DNA of 63,151 nucleotides, filler included, from Sphacelaria rigidula (lineage: Eukaryota): NCBI GenBank assembly GCA_964200075.2. It is 11 parts of 11 records of this genome, joined end to end, with 100 filler letters (N's around TTAATTAATTAA, not from the genome) between each part and the next. Parts side by side here need not be neighbours in the genome. Positions count along the whole stretch, not along the records: positions 57,503 to 63,151 come from CAXNAA020025568.1; 10 more parts are not named here. The stretch is one strand, 5' to 3'. Under the pieces are notes generated by a model. That model did no database searches and was not told where the DNA came from. It worked only from the letters and a program-made list of their open reading frames with translations. Below are positions 62,955 to 63,151 of this stretch, in pieces. Position 1 is the first letter of the stretch. Each line of letters opens with the position of its first letter. Made by a program: the position numbers and the translations under genes.

Positions 62955-63151
62955 GTCCCGAAGGTTGGACGGACGGGCCGTTCCTTGCCGCGAACAAAAA
63001 CGACGCGGCAGGGGTCGATTCCCAATGCGTTGGGTTCTTTCTTCGTCATGTATTATTTCCACCGTGCAGAGCGTGAGAACGTGAGTAAACAAAGTAGTCG
63101 ACTGGGTTCGTGTGACGTGAGTTGACGCGGTGCGGGAATGCTGACCCAATC
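62955..63151 (+). mobile_element. tRNA-derived SINE, family 2, cut by contig end
   Basis: GGGTCGATTCCC B box; body TTTCCACCGTGCAGAGCGTGAGAACGTGAGTAAACA..GACTGGGTT..GGGAATGCTGACCCAATC. Confidence 0.7.

Overview
Eukaryotic nuclear DNA, most likely from a brown alga (Phaeophyceae). This is inferred from roughly 50% GC, long GT-AG introns, TTAGGG-like tracts and stramenopile-like genes. The window is NOT one locus. It is 11 contigs of 5651 to 5649 bp in decreasing length order, joined by artificial 100-bp linkers (N44-TTAATTAATTAA-N44), so nothing can be linked across the gaps. Host genes: a complete four-exon histone H2A variant with an N-terminal extension (24094-26169); partial spliced genes for a DRG1-type GTPase, an oxoglutarate/malate-type mitochondrial carrier, a CaMK-like kinase C-terminus and an organellar asparaginyl-tRNA synthetase; and a probable first exon of a secreted protein. 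Most of the rest is mobile DNA: three decayed Ty3/gypsy elements, a probable Copia relic, RTE-like LINE fragments, tRNA-derived SINEs sharing a conserved core, many non-autonomous DNA transposons (piggyBac/TTAA, hAT/8-bp TSD, pogo/TA, CAC-terminal, foldback), and mini- and microsatellites. The best leads are the H2A variant, a pogo derivative with an N-terminal Cys/His finger nested in a gypsy gag, a SINE superfamily core, a G-tract-punctuated modular repeat system, and a speculative spliced DDE-transposase relic with a YqaJ-like motif. I see no CRISPR array or prokaryotic system.
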